Notes under the pieces: model-generated
The model's input: the letters and a program-made list of their open reading frames with translations, nothing else
The model's database searches: none
Told to the model about the DNA's origin: nothing
Made by a program: the position numbers and the translations under genes
Assembly (NCBI GenBank): GCA_003175695.1
Contig: PSRA01000238.1
Coordinates: 906-64,905 of the forward strand
Length of the DNA stretch: 64,000 nt
Direction: 5' to 3'
From: Bacteroidota bacterium
GTDB taxonomy: Bacteria > Bacteroidota > Bacteroidia > Chitinophagales > Chitinophagaceae
In this document: in pieces, positions 48,705 through 58,370 of the stretch
Numbering within the stretch: position 1 is the stretch's first letter
Layout of the letters: every line of letters begins with the position of its first letter

Positions 48705-50240
48705 ATGAAAAAATTAGCCTTGCACTGTTCCTTCATTCTTCCTTTGTTATTTGTAGCGACAATAGCAATACGCGGCCAGCAAAAAGCATATGGTGAAAAA
48801 TACCGCCCTCAATTTCATTTCACTCCTGCAGTCAATTGGACGAATGATCCAAACGGTCTTGTTTTTTATAAAGGCAGGTATCACTTGTTTTATCAGTATA
48901 ATCCCTATGGCATCAAGTGGGGACATATGAGTTGGGGACATGCAGAAAGTACAGACCTCATCCATTGGAATCACTTACCCATTGCCATAGCCGAAAAAGA
49001 TGGAACCATGATCTTTTCTGGTTCAGCTGTTATTGACGAAAATAATACAACCGGATTTGCAAAGAACACTAGCGAAATTCCCATGATTGCTATATATACC
49101 GGGCATTATATTGCAGACACTTCGCGCCTGGATGACTATCTACAGTCGCAACAAATAGCCTATAGCCTGGACAACGGCAGGAACTGGACTAAATATTCCA
49201 ATAATCCAGTGCTTGATCTGCACAAAAAAGACTTCCGGGATCCATGCGTTTTTTGGTATGCACCTGGGAAGAAATGGGTGATGGCTGTCGTACTTCCTCG
49301 CGAACACATAGTTCAATTTTATTCATCGCCTGACCTAAAGAAATGGAACCATCTTAGTGATTTTGGTCCGGCAGGTGATATAAAAGACATTTGGGAGTGC
49401 CCCAGCCTTGCTCAGGTACCCGTTGCCGGTAGCGGGGAAAAAAAGAAATGGGTGCTCTTTAATTCCCAGCAAACAACCATGCAATATTTTGTCGGAGAAT
49501 TCAATGGAACTTCATTTGTTGATGAAAACCCCTCTTCAAAAATTTACAGGCCTGATTTTGGCCCCGACTATTACGCTGGCATCACTTACAATCATATCCC
49601 GGAAAATCAATTGCCCGTCTTGGTGGGCTGGGCTAATAACTGGACTTATGCAGCAGACATTCCTACTAAACCCTGGAGAAGCATGATGGCTTTGCCGCGC
49701 GAGCTTGTTCTTCATAAAAAAAATCAGGAGTGGATTTTGTATCAACGACCCGTGCCAGCCGTTTATGGCTTAAGAAAAAGGCCCTGGTCCGCAGGTCACT
49801 TCGAGGTTCAGGACAAAAAGGATCTTCCGGTTAGAAGTCAGCAGTGCGAGATAGAAGTTACATTGCAACCGGGAGCTCAGTCCATTTCCGGTTTGAGGCT
49901 GGCTCACGGAAATCAGAAGGGCCTGGAGATTGGTTATGACCAAAAAAACAAGATTTTGTTCATGGACCGCGGGGATGCCGGCTCGCAATCATTCAACCAG
50001 AAGTATGCGCACATGTCACGCTATGAAACAAAGTTGGAAAGCGGCCAAGGCAAAATCCTCCTGCACATATTTTTTGATCACAGCATCGTTGAAGTATTCG
50101 CCAATGATGGAGAGAAAGTGATGAGCATGCAGATTTTTCCCGATGAGCAGGATAATATGATCCAGTTGTTTTCTGAAAACGGACCGGCCTCATTTCACAA
50201 CGTGAAAATCTGGGAATTGAATTCTGCCTGGACTAAATAA
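48705..50240 (+). CDS. GH32 beta-fructofuranosidase/levanase
   Basis: WTNDPNG, WGHMSWGHA, FSGSA, FRDP, WECP; signal peptide. Confidence 0.94.
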   Translation: MKKLALHCSFILPLLFVATIAIRGQQKAYGEKYRPQFHFTPAVNWTNDPNGLVFYKGRYHLFYQYNPYGIKWGHMSWGHAESTDLIHWNHLPIAIAEKDGTMIFSGSAVIDENNTTGFAKNTSEIPMIAIYTGHYIADTSRLDDYLQSQQIAYSLDNGRNWTKYSNNPVLDLHKKDFRDPCVFWYAPGKKWVMAVVLPREHIVQFYSSPDLKKWNHLSDFGPAGDIKDIWECPSLAQVPVAGSGEKKKWVLFNSQQTTMQYFVGEFNGTSFVDENPSSKIYRPDFGPDYYAGITYNHIPENQLPVLVGWANNWTYAADIPTKPWRSMMALPRELVLHKKNQEWILYQRPVPAVYGLRKRPWSAGHFEVQDKKDLPVRSQQCEIEVTLQPGAQSISGLRLAHGNQKGLEIGYDQKNKILFMDRGDAGSQSFNQKYAHMSRYETKLESGQGKILLHIFFDHSIVEVFANDGEKVMSMQIFPDEQDNMIQLFSENGPASFHNVKIWELNSAWTK

Positions 50241-50256
50241 TGTATATTTTTCACAT

Positions 50257-51807
50257 TCAAAAGCGTACGATCGCAAAGCCTTTTCGCCTGTAATTGTCGT
50301 AAGGAATGGCAACTTCATCATCCGTAATTTGACGGGATTGTTGAAAATTCAGCGTATTAGTTAACTTCCAATAAATTAATCCTTCATCGGTCAGCAGATT
50401 TCCTTTGTAATCCAGTACGGTAGAATTGCTGAACTGATCATCATTTCTGAAGAGACTGTTGTACAGTAAAAAAATTCTTTTCTTGGCAGGAATGACCAGG
50501 TAAGAAAGATAAGGAAGGTTGAATTCTGTGGTCTGTTCTTTATCCATGATCCCGCTCCAACAACTGTCCTTTGCATTGGCGGGAAAATAAAATAAACTCA
50601 GATCGCCCCGATTATAAACTGCCCTGGGGCCACTTAATCGACTATACCGGGTATAACCATCCCGGTTCATAAACAGTGCGCTTTCATTATTAGAGATAGA
50701 ATTCTGAGCAAATACTGATTGAAGGCCGCCGGGATTGATGTACTGATTGTTGTCGAAAAAATCTGATTCAAATGGCCTTCCATATTCTTTCAAAAGCATG
50801 AAACCTGTTCCCGGTACCATGATAAAACTTTCATGGATCAGGTTTTCATTCATGATTCGATAGGCCATAAGCGTATTGAATCGATATGAAGAATCAAAAT
50901 CTAACTGGTGATTTGTTAATGAATAGTGGACGACCTGAACATTTTTCAGGGTTTGATATCGGAAGACTGAAACGATGCCTGCGAATGCTTCATCTTTTTC
51001 ATTGTTAACTGACAAAGCAACATCTTCCCAGGAAGATGCGCCTGGCAGTTGGATCTCTCGATAAATAAAAGCCGAATCCAATCCTTTGAAATGAAAAAGA
51101 AGGAAATTATTGTTGGTCCGCGAAGGTGTAGCCATGAGCCATTCACCAGTGTTGGCAAGTTTCACTGAATTGTTTGTATAGTACTCAATGGGAAAACTGA
51201 TGAGGTCATCCTGGATCAGTGGTTGCGTGATGTAAGGATGCTTGTACACGTTCTTGCTAAGAAGTTTCCAATTTGTGTCAAACAAGTAAGCATCTAACTT
51301 TATTCCTTCACCAGGCGCGCCTTCAAAACAAAGTATCAGTATCTTGCTCTTATCCTCACATCTGGCCATGATAAAACTATTTCCTTCTTCATTAAACGGA
51401 AGATCTAATACCATATGTTTACCGGCTATTAATCGGCCGTCGGGAGCATACCTGTTCAAATAAAGAAGGTCATGACCCTTGGATGCATAAATAACCAGCT
51501 GGTCGAGATAATCAGTTGCCGATATAAAATATTGCTTGACAATATTATCGGGAATTACAAGGGGGTCTGAAGAATTCACCATGACCATCCTTGAATTATA
51601 AATTTCAAAATGCTGCAAATCAGCAGGAGGGGAATGCTTTCCATACTTTCTTGTCTCGTGTCGGATAATCCAATAATAATTATCGGATTTGCCAATCACT
51701 TCAAAAGGATCATCAATATAAGGGGAATATAATACGTGTTGAGCACTTGCATATTCACCAACTAACAACATCAATACGATCGTATAGACCATTACCCGGC
51801 GCTTCAT
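50257..51807 (-). CDS. Exported hypothetical protein (beta-rich)
   Basis: 516-aa ORF with signal peptide (ASA-Q); no recognised motif. Confidence 0.7.
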   Translation of the reverse strand: MKRRVMVYTIVLMLLVGEYASAQHVLYSPYIDDPFEVIGKSDNYYWIIRHETRKYGKHSPPADLQHFEIYNSRMVMVNSSDPLVIPDNIVKQYFISATDYLDQLVIYASKGHDLLYLNRYAPDGRLIAGKHMVLDLPFNEEGNSFIMARCEDKSKILILCFEGAPGEGIKLDAYLFDTNWKLLSKNVYKHPYITQPLIQDDLISFPIEYYTNNSVKLANTGEWLMATPSRTNNNFLLFHFKGLDSAFIYREIQLPGASSWEDVALSVNNEKDEAFAGIVSVFRYQTLKNVQVVHYSLTNHQLDFDSSYRFNTLMAYRIMNENLIHESFIMVPGTGFMLLKEYGRPFESDFFDNNQYINPGGLQSVFAQNSISNNESALFMNRDGYTRYSRLSGPRAVYNRGDLSLFYFPANAKDSCWSGIMDKEQTTEFNLPYLSYLVIPAKKRIFLLYNSLFRNDDQFSNSTVLDYKGNLLTDEGLIYWKLTNTLNFQQSRQITDDEVAIPYDNYRRKGFAIVRF

Positions 51808-52115
51808 ATGGTGAGTGTCTTTAGTAAGTTATAATTTATTTTTCTAAATCAACCGAGCAGGGAACAGACTAAAATAACTTCACGGATAATTAATTTATCC
51901 GTTTAGATGCAAGGAAATATGATGAAAGGATTGCAGACTTCATGACCACTAAACTTACATCACTACGCATAGCGGGGGCAAAAGGATTCCTGCATGACAA
52001 TCAGCAGCAGTGAAATTTCCGTCGGAAATCTAACCAAATTCTTCTCTATTAACTTTCTCCGCAGGAAAGCCCGATTACTTACCTTCGCAGCAATAATGAT
52101 TCCAAAAGTCATCGT

Positions 52116-53207
52116 ATGAAATTCAGAAATTTTAAAATGGTCAATTATGTTGTTTTCGGCAGAGGTAGTTTCAATCAACTGGAGGAAATTTTATCTTCAA
52201 ACCGGAAAGGAAATGCACCGATGGTTTTCCTTGTGGATCATTTTTTTGCGCCCGGATCGGGTGGAGAAAAAAAAGAGTTTGTGAAACGCATTCCGATTCA
52301 AGGTAACGACAAGTTGATATATGCTGATGTAACTCACGAACCTAAAACTTCATACGTCGACAAAATCGCAAATCAACTGAAGGAAGAATTTGGACAGGTT
52401 AGTGGAATCATCGGGATTGGCGGTGGCTCTGCCATGGACCTGGCAAAAGCAGTGTCATTGATGATGACCAATCCAGGATCAGCATCGGATTACCAGGGAT
52501 GGGACCTTGTAAGAAATCCGGGCGTTTATAAGGCAGGAATTCCAACACTCAGTGGAACAGGGGCCGAAGTATCGAGAACCACGGTGCTCACGGGACCAAC
52601 AAAGAAATTAGGAATGAATTCGGATTTCACTCCTTTTGATCAGATAGTTTTGGATCCCGAATTAACTGAAGGTGTGCCGGCCAATCAAAGATTTTATACG
52701 GGGATGGACTGCTACATTCATTGTATTGAGAGCCTGCAGGGAACCTACCTCAATGAGTTTAGTAAATCATATGGGGAAAAAGCCCTTGAGCTTTGCCAAC
52801 ATGTTTTCTTGGAGAAAGCACACTGGGACGAAGAAAGTGATGATCAATTGATGATGGCATCCTATGCAGGGGGAATGAGTATTGCGTACTCACAGGTCGG
52901 CGTTGCGCACGCTGTGAGTTATGGACTGAGTTATCTGCTCGGAACTAAACATGGAATAGGCAATTGCATCGTGTTCGATAAATTGGGAGAATTCTATCCC
53001 GAAGGAGTCAAGGAATTTAAGAAAATGGTTGAAAAAAATAAGATTGACATCCCGCAGCAAATAACCAAAGGTCTTTCTGACAAGGATTTTGATACCATGA
53101 TCAATGTTTCTTTAGGCATGAAACCATTGTGGGAAAATGCTTTGGGTAGGGATTGGGAGAAAAAAATGACAAGAGAAAAATTGCGCAGGCTCTACGAAAG
53201 CCTGTAA
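52116..53207 (+). CDS. kdnB: Iron-containing alcohol dehydrogenase family, KdnB-like (Kdo 8-oxidase)
   Basis: GIGGGSAMDLAK, YQGWDL, PTLSGTGAEVSRT, KLGMNSDFT.FDQI, FYTGMDCYIHC.ESL.GT.LNEFS, GGMSIAYSQVG, HGIGNC. These resemble Shewanella KdnB as recalled. Confidence 0.8.
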   Translation: MKFRNFKMVNYVVFGRGSFNQLEEILSSNRKGNAPMVFLVDHFFAPGSGGEKKEFVKRIPIQGNDKLIYADVTHEPKTSYVDKIANQLKEEFGQVSGIIGIGGGSAMDLAKAVSLMMTNPGSASDYQGWDLVRNPGVYKAGIPTLSGTGAEVSRTTVLTGPTKKLGMNSDFTPFDQIVLDPELTEGVPANQRFYTGMDCYIHCIESLQGTYLNEFSKSYGEKALELCQHVFLEKAHWDEESDDQLMMASYAGGMSIAYSQVGVAHAVSYGLSYLLGTKHGIGNCIVFDKLGEFYPEGVKEFKKMVEKNKIDIPQQITKGLSDKDFDTMINVSLGMKPLWENALGRDWEKKMTREKLRRLYESL

Positions 53208-53228
53208 CTTGTATTTAAAATAAAGCGA

Positions 53229-53750
53229 ATGAGCAAGAAATTCGTGCCGGTGGTATTGTTTTCAACACTATCCATGTTGTCTATTTCCTCATCCACGCAA
53301 GCTCAAAGGTTATTTTTTATTTTCATGCATGGTCAGTATGCAATTCCCGTTGACAGTTATTTCTATCACAATTATAATTATGGTCTCGGCGTGGAAGGTG
53401 GCGCAGGCATTGGTGCCGGCAGAACATTTTTTGTTGCTACCGTTGGTTACACCTCATTCAGCAGTGTATCAAACAGTAAATACGGAAATACTTCTTTTGT
53501 ACCCATTAAAGGCGGGATAAGACACTATTTACCAGGAAAGTTACTGTTCATCAGTGCAGACATGGGGATTGCACATGTAAACAACAATCTTGTCAACAGC
53601 TCAAGATTTTCAGGGGACATCGGCTTAGGGGTTAGGCTAGGACCCTTTGAAGCAATGGCAGCTTACGACGGATATGCCCGAACAAGCGCTGAAAATTCTG
53701 GTTACTCATCCTGGATCGGCCTAAAAGCAGGTTTCCACTTTGGACTTTAG
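53229..53750 (+). CDS. Small outer-membrane beta-barrel protein
   Basis: Signal peptide, alternating beta-strand pattern, C-terminal IGLKAGFHF(GL). Confidence 0.7.
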   Translation: MSKKFVPVVLFSTLSMLSISSSTQAQRLFFIFMHGQYAIPVDSYFYHNYNYGLGVEGGAGIGAGRTFFVATVGYTSFSSVSNSKYGNTSFVPIKGGIRHYLPGKLLFISADMGIAHVNNNLVNSSRFSGDIGLGVRLGPFEAMAAYDGYARTSAENSGYSSWIGLKAGFHFGL

Positions 53751-53967
53751 ACCTGCTGATAAAAGAAACCAAGTGTTGCAAGTATTCCACAAAAAGTAGT
53801 ATATCCCTAACAGGGAGTCGAGTACGAAAATCTGCTATTGCCTTGTTAAGCTATTGATTTTGTTATGTTACGGCATTACTTTTGTGCAGAGAACAGCCAA
53901 GTAGATGATTTTTGCAGGATAAACTTACCCGTAACAGGCAAACCTCAACCAAACTTATAGAAATCGT

Positions 53968-54819
53968 ATGCGTATAGCATGCTTGATAATGGCACACAAG
54001 GACCCCATGCAAATTGAGCGGCTGCTCAAAAAATTTGATCATCCTTCATTCGATTTTTACATTCACCTCGATAAGAAAACCAATAAGAAAAAATTTACAT
54101 TTCTTGAAGATTTAAACAGGGTTCGATTCATCCAAAAAAGAATCAAAGTCAGGTGGGCCTCTTTCAGCTTCGTAGAAGCGATTCTTTCCTCTTTTCAGGA
54201 GATTTTCGACACAGGAATAAATTATGATTTTGTGAGCGTGATGAGCGGACAGGACTATCCGATTAAGCCCGTCAGTTCGATTCATGCAATCCTTGAACGG
54301 AATATTGGAAAAAATTTTATTTGTTATGAAGAACAGGGCGAATGGTGGAGTCATGCAATTACCAGAATTAATAAATACCATTTCACCAATTTCGGCTTCA
54401 AAGGAAGGTATAGACTGCAGTTCCTGATCAATTGGCTTCTTCCAAAGAGAGAATTTCCTTTGCCCTACAAGCTGTATGGCGGACCCAGGGCCATGTGCAT
54501 GACATTAACCATGGACTGCGCCAAATATGTCACGAAATTTATATCAGACGACAAGAAGTTAAGGAAATTTGCCATCTTCACCTGGGGACCTGATGAATTC
54601 ATCATTCCTACCTTAATCATGAATTCGTCCTACAAAGATTCAGTGATCAATAATAACTTCTACTATATCGATTGGTCAAAGGGCGGCAGTAATCCTAAAA
54701 CGCTTACAATAGCAGATTACGAAGTGTTGAAAAAAACTGATAAGTTATTGGCCCGGAAATTCGATATCAAGCAAGACGAGGCTATCCTGGATATGCTTGA
54801 TCAATTAAATTTCGCCTAG
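53968..54819 (+). CDS. GT14 / Core-2 I-branching family glycosyltransferase
   Basis: IACLIMAHK, FYIHLDKK, MSGQDYPIK, PDE, YIDW, LARKFD. TACTTTTG promoter-like element at 53877-53884. Confidence 0.9.
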   Translation: MRIACLIMAHKDPMQIERLLKKFDHPSFDFYIHLDKKTNKKKFTFLEDLNRVRFIQKRIKVRWASFSFVEAILSSFQEIFDTGINYDFVSVMSGQDYPIKPVSSIHAILERNIGKNFICYEEQGEWWSHAITRINKYHFTNFGFKGRYRLQFLINWLLPKREFPLPYKLYGGPRAMCMTLTMDCAKYVTKFISDDKKLRKFAIFTWGPDEFIIPTLIMNSSYKDSVINNNFYYIDWSKGGSNPKTLTIADYEVLKKTDKLLARKFDIKQDEAILDMLDQLNFA

Positions 54820-54824
54820 TCATT

Positions 54825-56774
54825 TCAATTTAAAGGGAGCGATTTCATAACCACTTCATTCACTTTCACAGGATACTTTTTTTTCAATTCTTCAATCCAT
54901 TTGTCTTCAAGGTAATTCTGATAATCATTGATCACCAATCCTCTTGCATCTGAAAAATTCCTTGGCATCTTCTGGTCATAGGTGCGAATGATATAGGCCA
55001 TGGTTACATTATTATCACCCTGTGCTTTTACCTGGGATGAAAATTGGGCATTCTGCAATTTATTGGTTTCACCAAGTGGTAATTGGGACAATTCAAATCG
55101 GCCTGAATCTGCCTGTATTAAACCCGAAGCACTGTCAGTAATCCTTCTCCAATAAGATGGGTTTTGCCCTATTTTACTCTTAATATCTTCAGCCATTTTG
55201 TTTCCTGCACAGGTGAACACAATGGCATCGGCACTGGGTTGCCAGACATAACTGGATTTATGTGCCTGGAAATAGTCCTTTAGCCCATTGCTGTCGCTGG
55301 AAGCTTTATCCCATACTTTGCGCTGCATGATCTCAAACAAAAGGTTTCCATCCTGGAATTCCTTCAATTGATAAGCAAACTCTTTATTGTAGTTTTCAAG
55401 GTGATTTCTGTAATATTCTAAGGCAGTAATTTGAACGTACTGATCGAACCATTCCTTATTAGATTTCCCTCCGCTGGCGCCTGAAGTTTTCATTGCTTTG
55501 CGGTGCGCAAGCCAGTCTTTAACAAGAAACTGCTTTTTGCCAAATGAAAAAACAACAGTGTTCTCTGTCAGATCCGGAAATGAAGGTTTAGTTTTATTCT
55601 GAAGAATGCTGTCGGTATAAATCCATAGTTGAGATTCATTGAAAGCAGCCTGTTTGTATTGAATGTCGCGAAGTATGGTTTGCAACATTTCCTTTTTTGC
55701 CGTTTCAATGCGCGCGTCATTCAATACCATCATTCTTATCGCGTCGGTTGTCATTTTATCCTTTTGTGAAGGAGTGGGCTTCCTACCGATAAGTTTAATG
55801 ATGTGATATCCGAATTCTGATTCAACGGGTCGGCTAACTTCTCCCGGGGTTTTCAAATTGAAGGCCGCTGATTCAAACGCAGGATCATATTTGCCCACAC
55901 CAAATTCCGGCATTTCACCACCTGATTGATAAGTTAAGTTGTCACCGCTAAAATGCCTGGCAAGTTCTGCAAAGTCACCTCCTTTCTGCAATACCTGGTA
56001 AATCGAATCAGCTCTTTGCCTGGTTTCCAACTTAGCTGCATCTGTTGCATGATATGGAAATACCAGAAGTATTTGGGCAACTTTGACTTTTCCAATGGCT
56101 TTTCTTGCGCCTATTACTTTTAAAATGTGATATCCTGTTTTACCCCGAAAAGGTTTTGTGAATTTGCCAACCGCCGTAGTGTATGCGAGGCTCTCCAATG
56201 GATAAGGAATATCAAAGACGGTAATGAAACCGATATCTCCCGAGTTGGATTTCTCGAATGGGTCTTCTGAATACTCTTTTGCTACGTTCCCAAATTCATT
56301 CCCTTTTGCAAGATCGCCGTAAGCGTTCATCGCTTTTTGGAATGCCTGTAGGGTGTCAGAGGGTGAAGGATTTTTGGGAAAGCCGATAAAAATATGCTGA
56401 ACATGAACGTCTTTTTGGCTCCTCAGGAAAGCTTCGTTGATCAACTTGTTCAGACTGGCCTCATTATTCATGTATTGATCGACGATTTGGCTACGAAAAT
56501 TTTGCAAGTCTGCAAGCTGATTTGCCAGCGTGTCCAATTTCATGTCATAAGCGGCTCTTACTTTTAACTTGTATCGGGTATAGAGATCAAGGTATTCCTG
56601 GTAGGATTTTGCTGACGCCTTGCTTTTGGTGTTATTTTTTTTATATGCCTTAAGGAATTCCTGCTTGCTCACTGGCTGCGCGCCATAAGTAAACAGCGTT
56701 TGGGCATAGACGGTATCAGCAAGAAGCAATTGAGTAAAAAGAAGAACGAGAACACAGGAAACGAAATACTTCAT
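54825..56774 (-). CDS. Periplasmic parvulin-type peptidyl-prolyl isomerase (SurA/PpiD-like)
   Basis: Two rotamase domains (F.NVAKEYSEDP..GDIG...GYHILK; FAELARHFS.D...GEVSRPVESEFGYHIIK). Confidence 0.9.
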   Translation of the reverse strand: MKYFVSCVLVLLFTQLLLADTVYAQTLFTYGAQPVSKQEFLKAYKKNNTKSKASAKSYQEYLDLYTRYKLKVRAAYDMKLDTLANQLADLQNFRSQIVDQYMNNEASLNKLINEAFLRSQKDVHVQHIFIGFPKNPSPSDTLQAFQKAMNAYGDLAKGNEFGNVAKEYSEDPFEKSNSGDIGFITVFDIPYPLESLAYTTAVGKFTKPFRGKTGYHILKVIGARKAIGKVKVAQILLVFPYHATDAAKLETRQRADSIYQVLQKGGDFAELARHFSGDNLTYQSGGEMPEFGVGKYDPAFESAAFNLKTPGEVSRPVESEFGYHIIKLIGRKPTPSQKDKMTTDAIRMMVLNDARIETAKKEMLQTILRDIQYKQAAFNESQLWIYTDSILQNKTKPSFPDLTENTVVFSFGKKQFLVKDWLAHRKAMKTSGASGGKSNKEWFDQYVQITALEYYRNHLENYNKEFAYQLKEFQDGNLLFEIMQRKVWDKASSDSNGLKDYFQAHKSSYVWQPSADAIVFTCAGNKMAEDIKSKIGQNPSYWRRITDSASGLIQADSGRFELSQLPLGETNKLQNAQFSSQVKAQGDNNVTMAYIIRTYDQKMPRNFSDARGLVINDYQNYLEDKWIEELKKKYPVKVNEVVMKSLPLN

Positions 56775-56775
56775 G

Positions 56776-58215
56776 TCAATTGGATTTGGTGTTCTTTAGT
56801 TTCAGGTCTAGCACTTCGTCGAACTGCTGGTAGGTGAGTTTCTTGGCAATAATCCGTTTGTCCTTATCCAGTAAATAAATAATGGGGGTTTGGTATACGT
56901 CGTACAATTGCCTATAGTCGGGTTTACCTCCGGCGGTTTCGGCTTCATGTTGCTTTTGAGTCTGGTAAACGTGGATCCAATCCTTCAAATTGTGGTCGCG
57001 AATGAATTTCAACCAGGCTTCCCTTCCTCCATCAACCATTACTCCATACATCTTTACACCCTCGGCCTTCCATTTGGCCTGGTAGATTGAATCCAGTTTG
57101 GGAACTGTTTCTTTGCAATGACTGCAGGTGGGATCCCAAAAGCAGATAACCGTAAACCTGGCACTTACTTCATAAAGAGGACTGGGCTTGTCAAGCGTGT
57201 CGTTCATTTCCAGGTTCGCTGCTGGCAATCCAATCAGGTTTGCCATCAGGCTATATGCCCGGTCATTTACATATTTCCTGTATTTCTCTGTGAAGAAATC
57301 AGCCTGCCCGGTATTAATATATTTTTCAAACAGGTGAACGAATACGGCGTCCTGACCCATGTATTCCGGGTTAATATATTTTTGAACGAAATGAATAAGA
57401 AGAAACTTAAACATCTCCTTGTTTGTTCGGGAATATAGAAGCATCATGTCCACCTCCCTGTTAATGGAATCTGCATCCTGAAGAACCAGTTCTCTATAAT
57501 ATTTTTCGAGCCTGGGCTCAAAAATTGGTGTTCGTATCAGGCGGTCGTCAGTGAATGAAATGCCATCCCAATAATGTGACTTGTAGTACCGATAAGCAAA
57601 CATGGAATCATATTTCCCTCCCGGATGTTGTTCTGCAGGAGGGACGGTCGGTTCTTTTAAAGCAGTCAGCAGTGTGCTTAACCAGGTTCCGGGATATTTA
57701 CTGATGATGCTCTCGCGATAATCTTTTACCTCAGTATTTACCTGTTTCAATTTATTAATCAGGTCGGCAGAATCCTTTTTATTCTTTGCTTTTGCAAGAG
57801 CGGCCTGGTAATCGCCAATAGCTTTCCCCTCTTTTGCCATATATAAGCCATATGCCTGAAAGCGGGTGTTTTCGGGCGACCCCGTAAACTGAATATCAGC
57901 GGGCATTTTTGCCGTATCTGCAAAAATGGTAAAATGCTGTTCCTTGTCAATCAAAAGCTCGAAGAGAATTTCCTTTTTGGGTGATACTATGAAATAGATT
58001 CCACCAGGCAACGGGTCCTTGCCCTGAATATTTCCGAAACATTTATCGTCCAGGACGACAGAGTCGGCAAGTGCCTTCAGTTTTCCATAGTGATAACCCA
58101 GGTATATTTTGGAGTTGGCATATGGCTTTAAGGTAATTCCGATCTTATATCCGTTTTGCGAATAGGCAAAAAGGGCCCAGAGGGAGGCTATGGATACTAG
58201 TAATTTTCTTTTCAT
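56776..58215 (-). CDS. Exported thioredoxin-like (TlpA/redoxin) domain protein
   Basis: C-terminal FWDPTCSHC and TP.IYLLDKDKRIIAK; signal peptide. Minus-strand TAAATTTG at 58281-58274. Confidence 0.85.
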   Translation of the reverse strand: MKRKLLVSIASLWALFAYSQNGYKIGITLKPYANSKIYLGYHYGKLKALADSVVLDDKCFGNIQGKDPLPGGIYFIVSPKKEILFELLIDKEQHFTIFADTAKMPADIQFTGSPENTRFQAYGLYMAKEGKAIGDYQAALAKAKNKKDSADLINKLKQVNTEVKDYRESIISKYPGTWLSTLLTALKEPTVPPAEQHPGGKYDSMFAYRYYKSHYWDGISFTDDRLIRTPIFEPRLEKYYRELVLQDADSINREVDMMLLYSRTNKEMFKFLLIHFVQKYINPEYMGQDAVFVHLFEKYINTGQADFFTEKYRKYVNDRAYSLMANLIGLPAANLEMNDTLDKPSPLYEVSARFTVICFWDPTCSHCKETVPKLDSIYQAKWKAEGVKMYGVMVDGGREAWLKFIRDHNLKDWIHVYQTQKQHEAETAGGKPDYRQLYDVYQTPIIYLLDKDKRIIAKKLTYQQFDEVLDLKLKNTKSN

Positions 58216-58370
58216 AATACGGGTTGAACCCAAAGCACTAAATTAATATTTTCCCTTTAATGCGCAGGTGCGGCAAATTTAGGTCAGTTGCGGTTGTCCC
58301 CAACTTCTCCAGTTGTTAAATCCATAGGTAATCACGCCGGTGCGATCTCAAATCCACCTAATTTTGCGCC

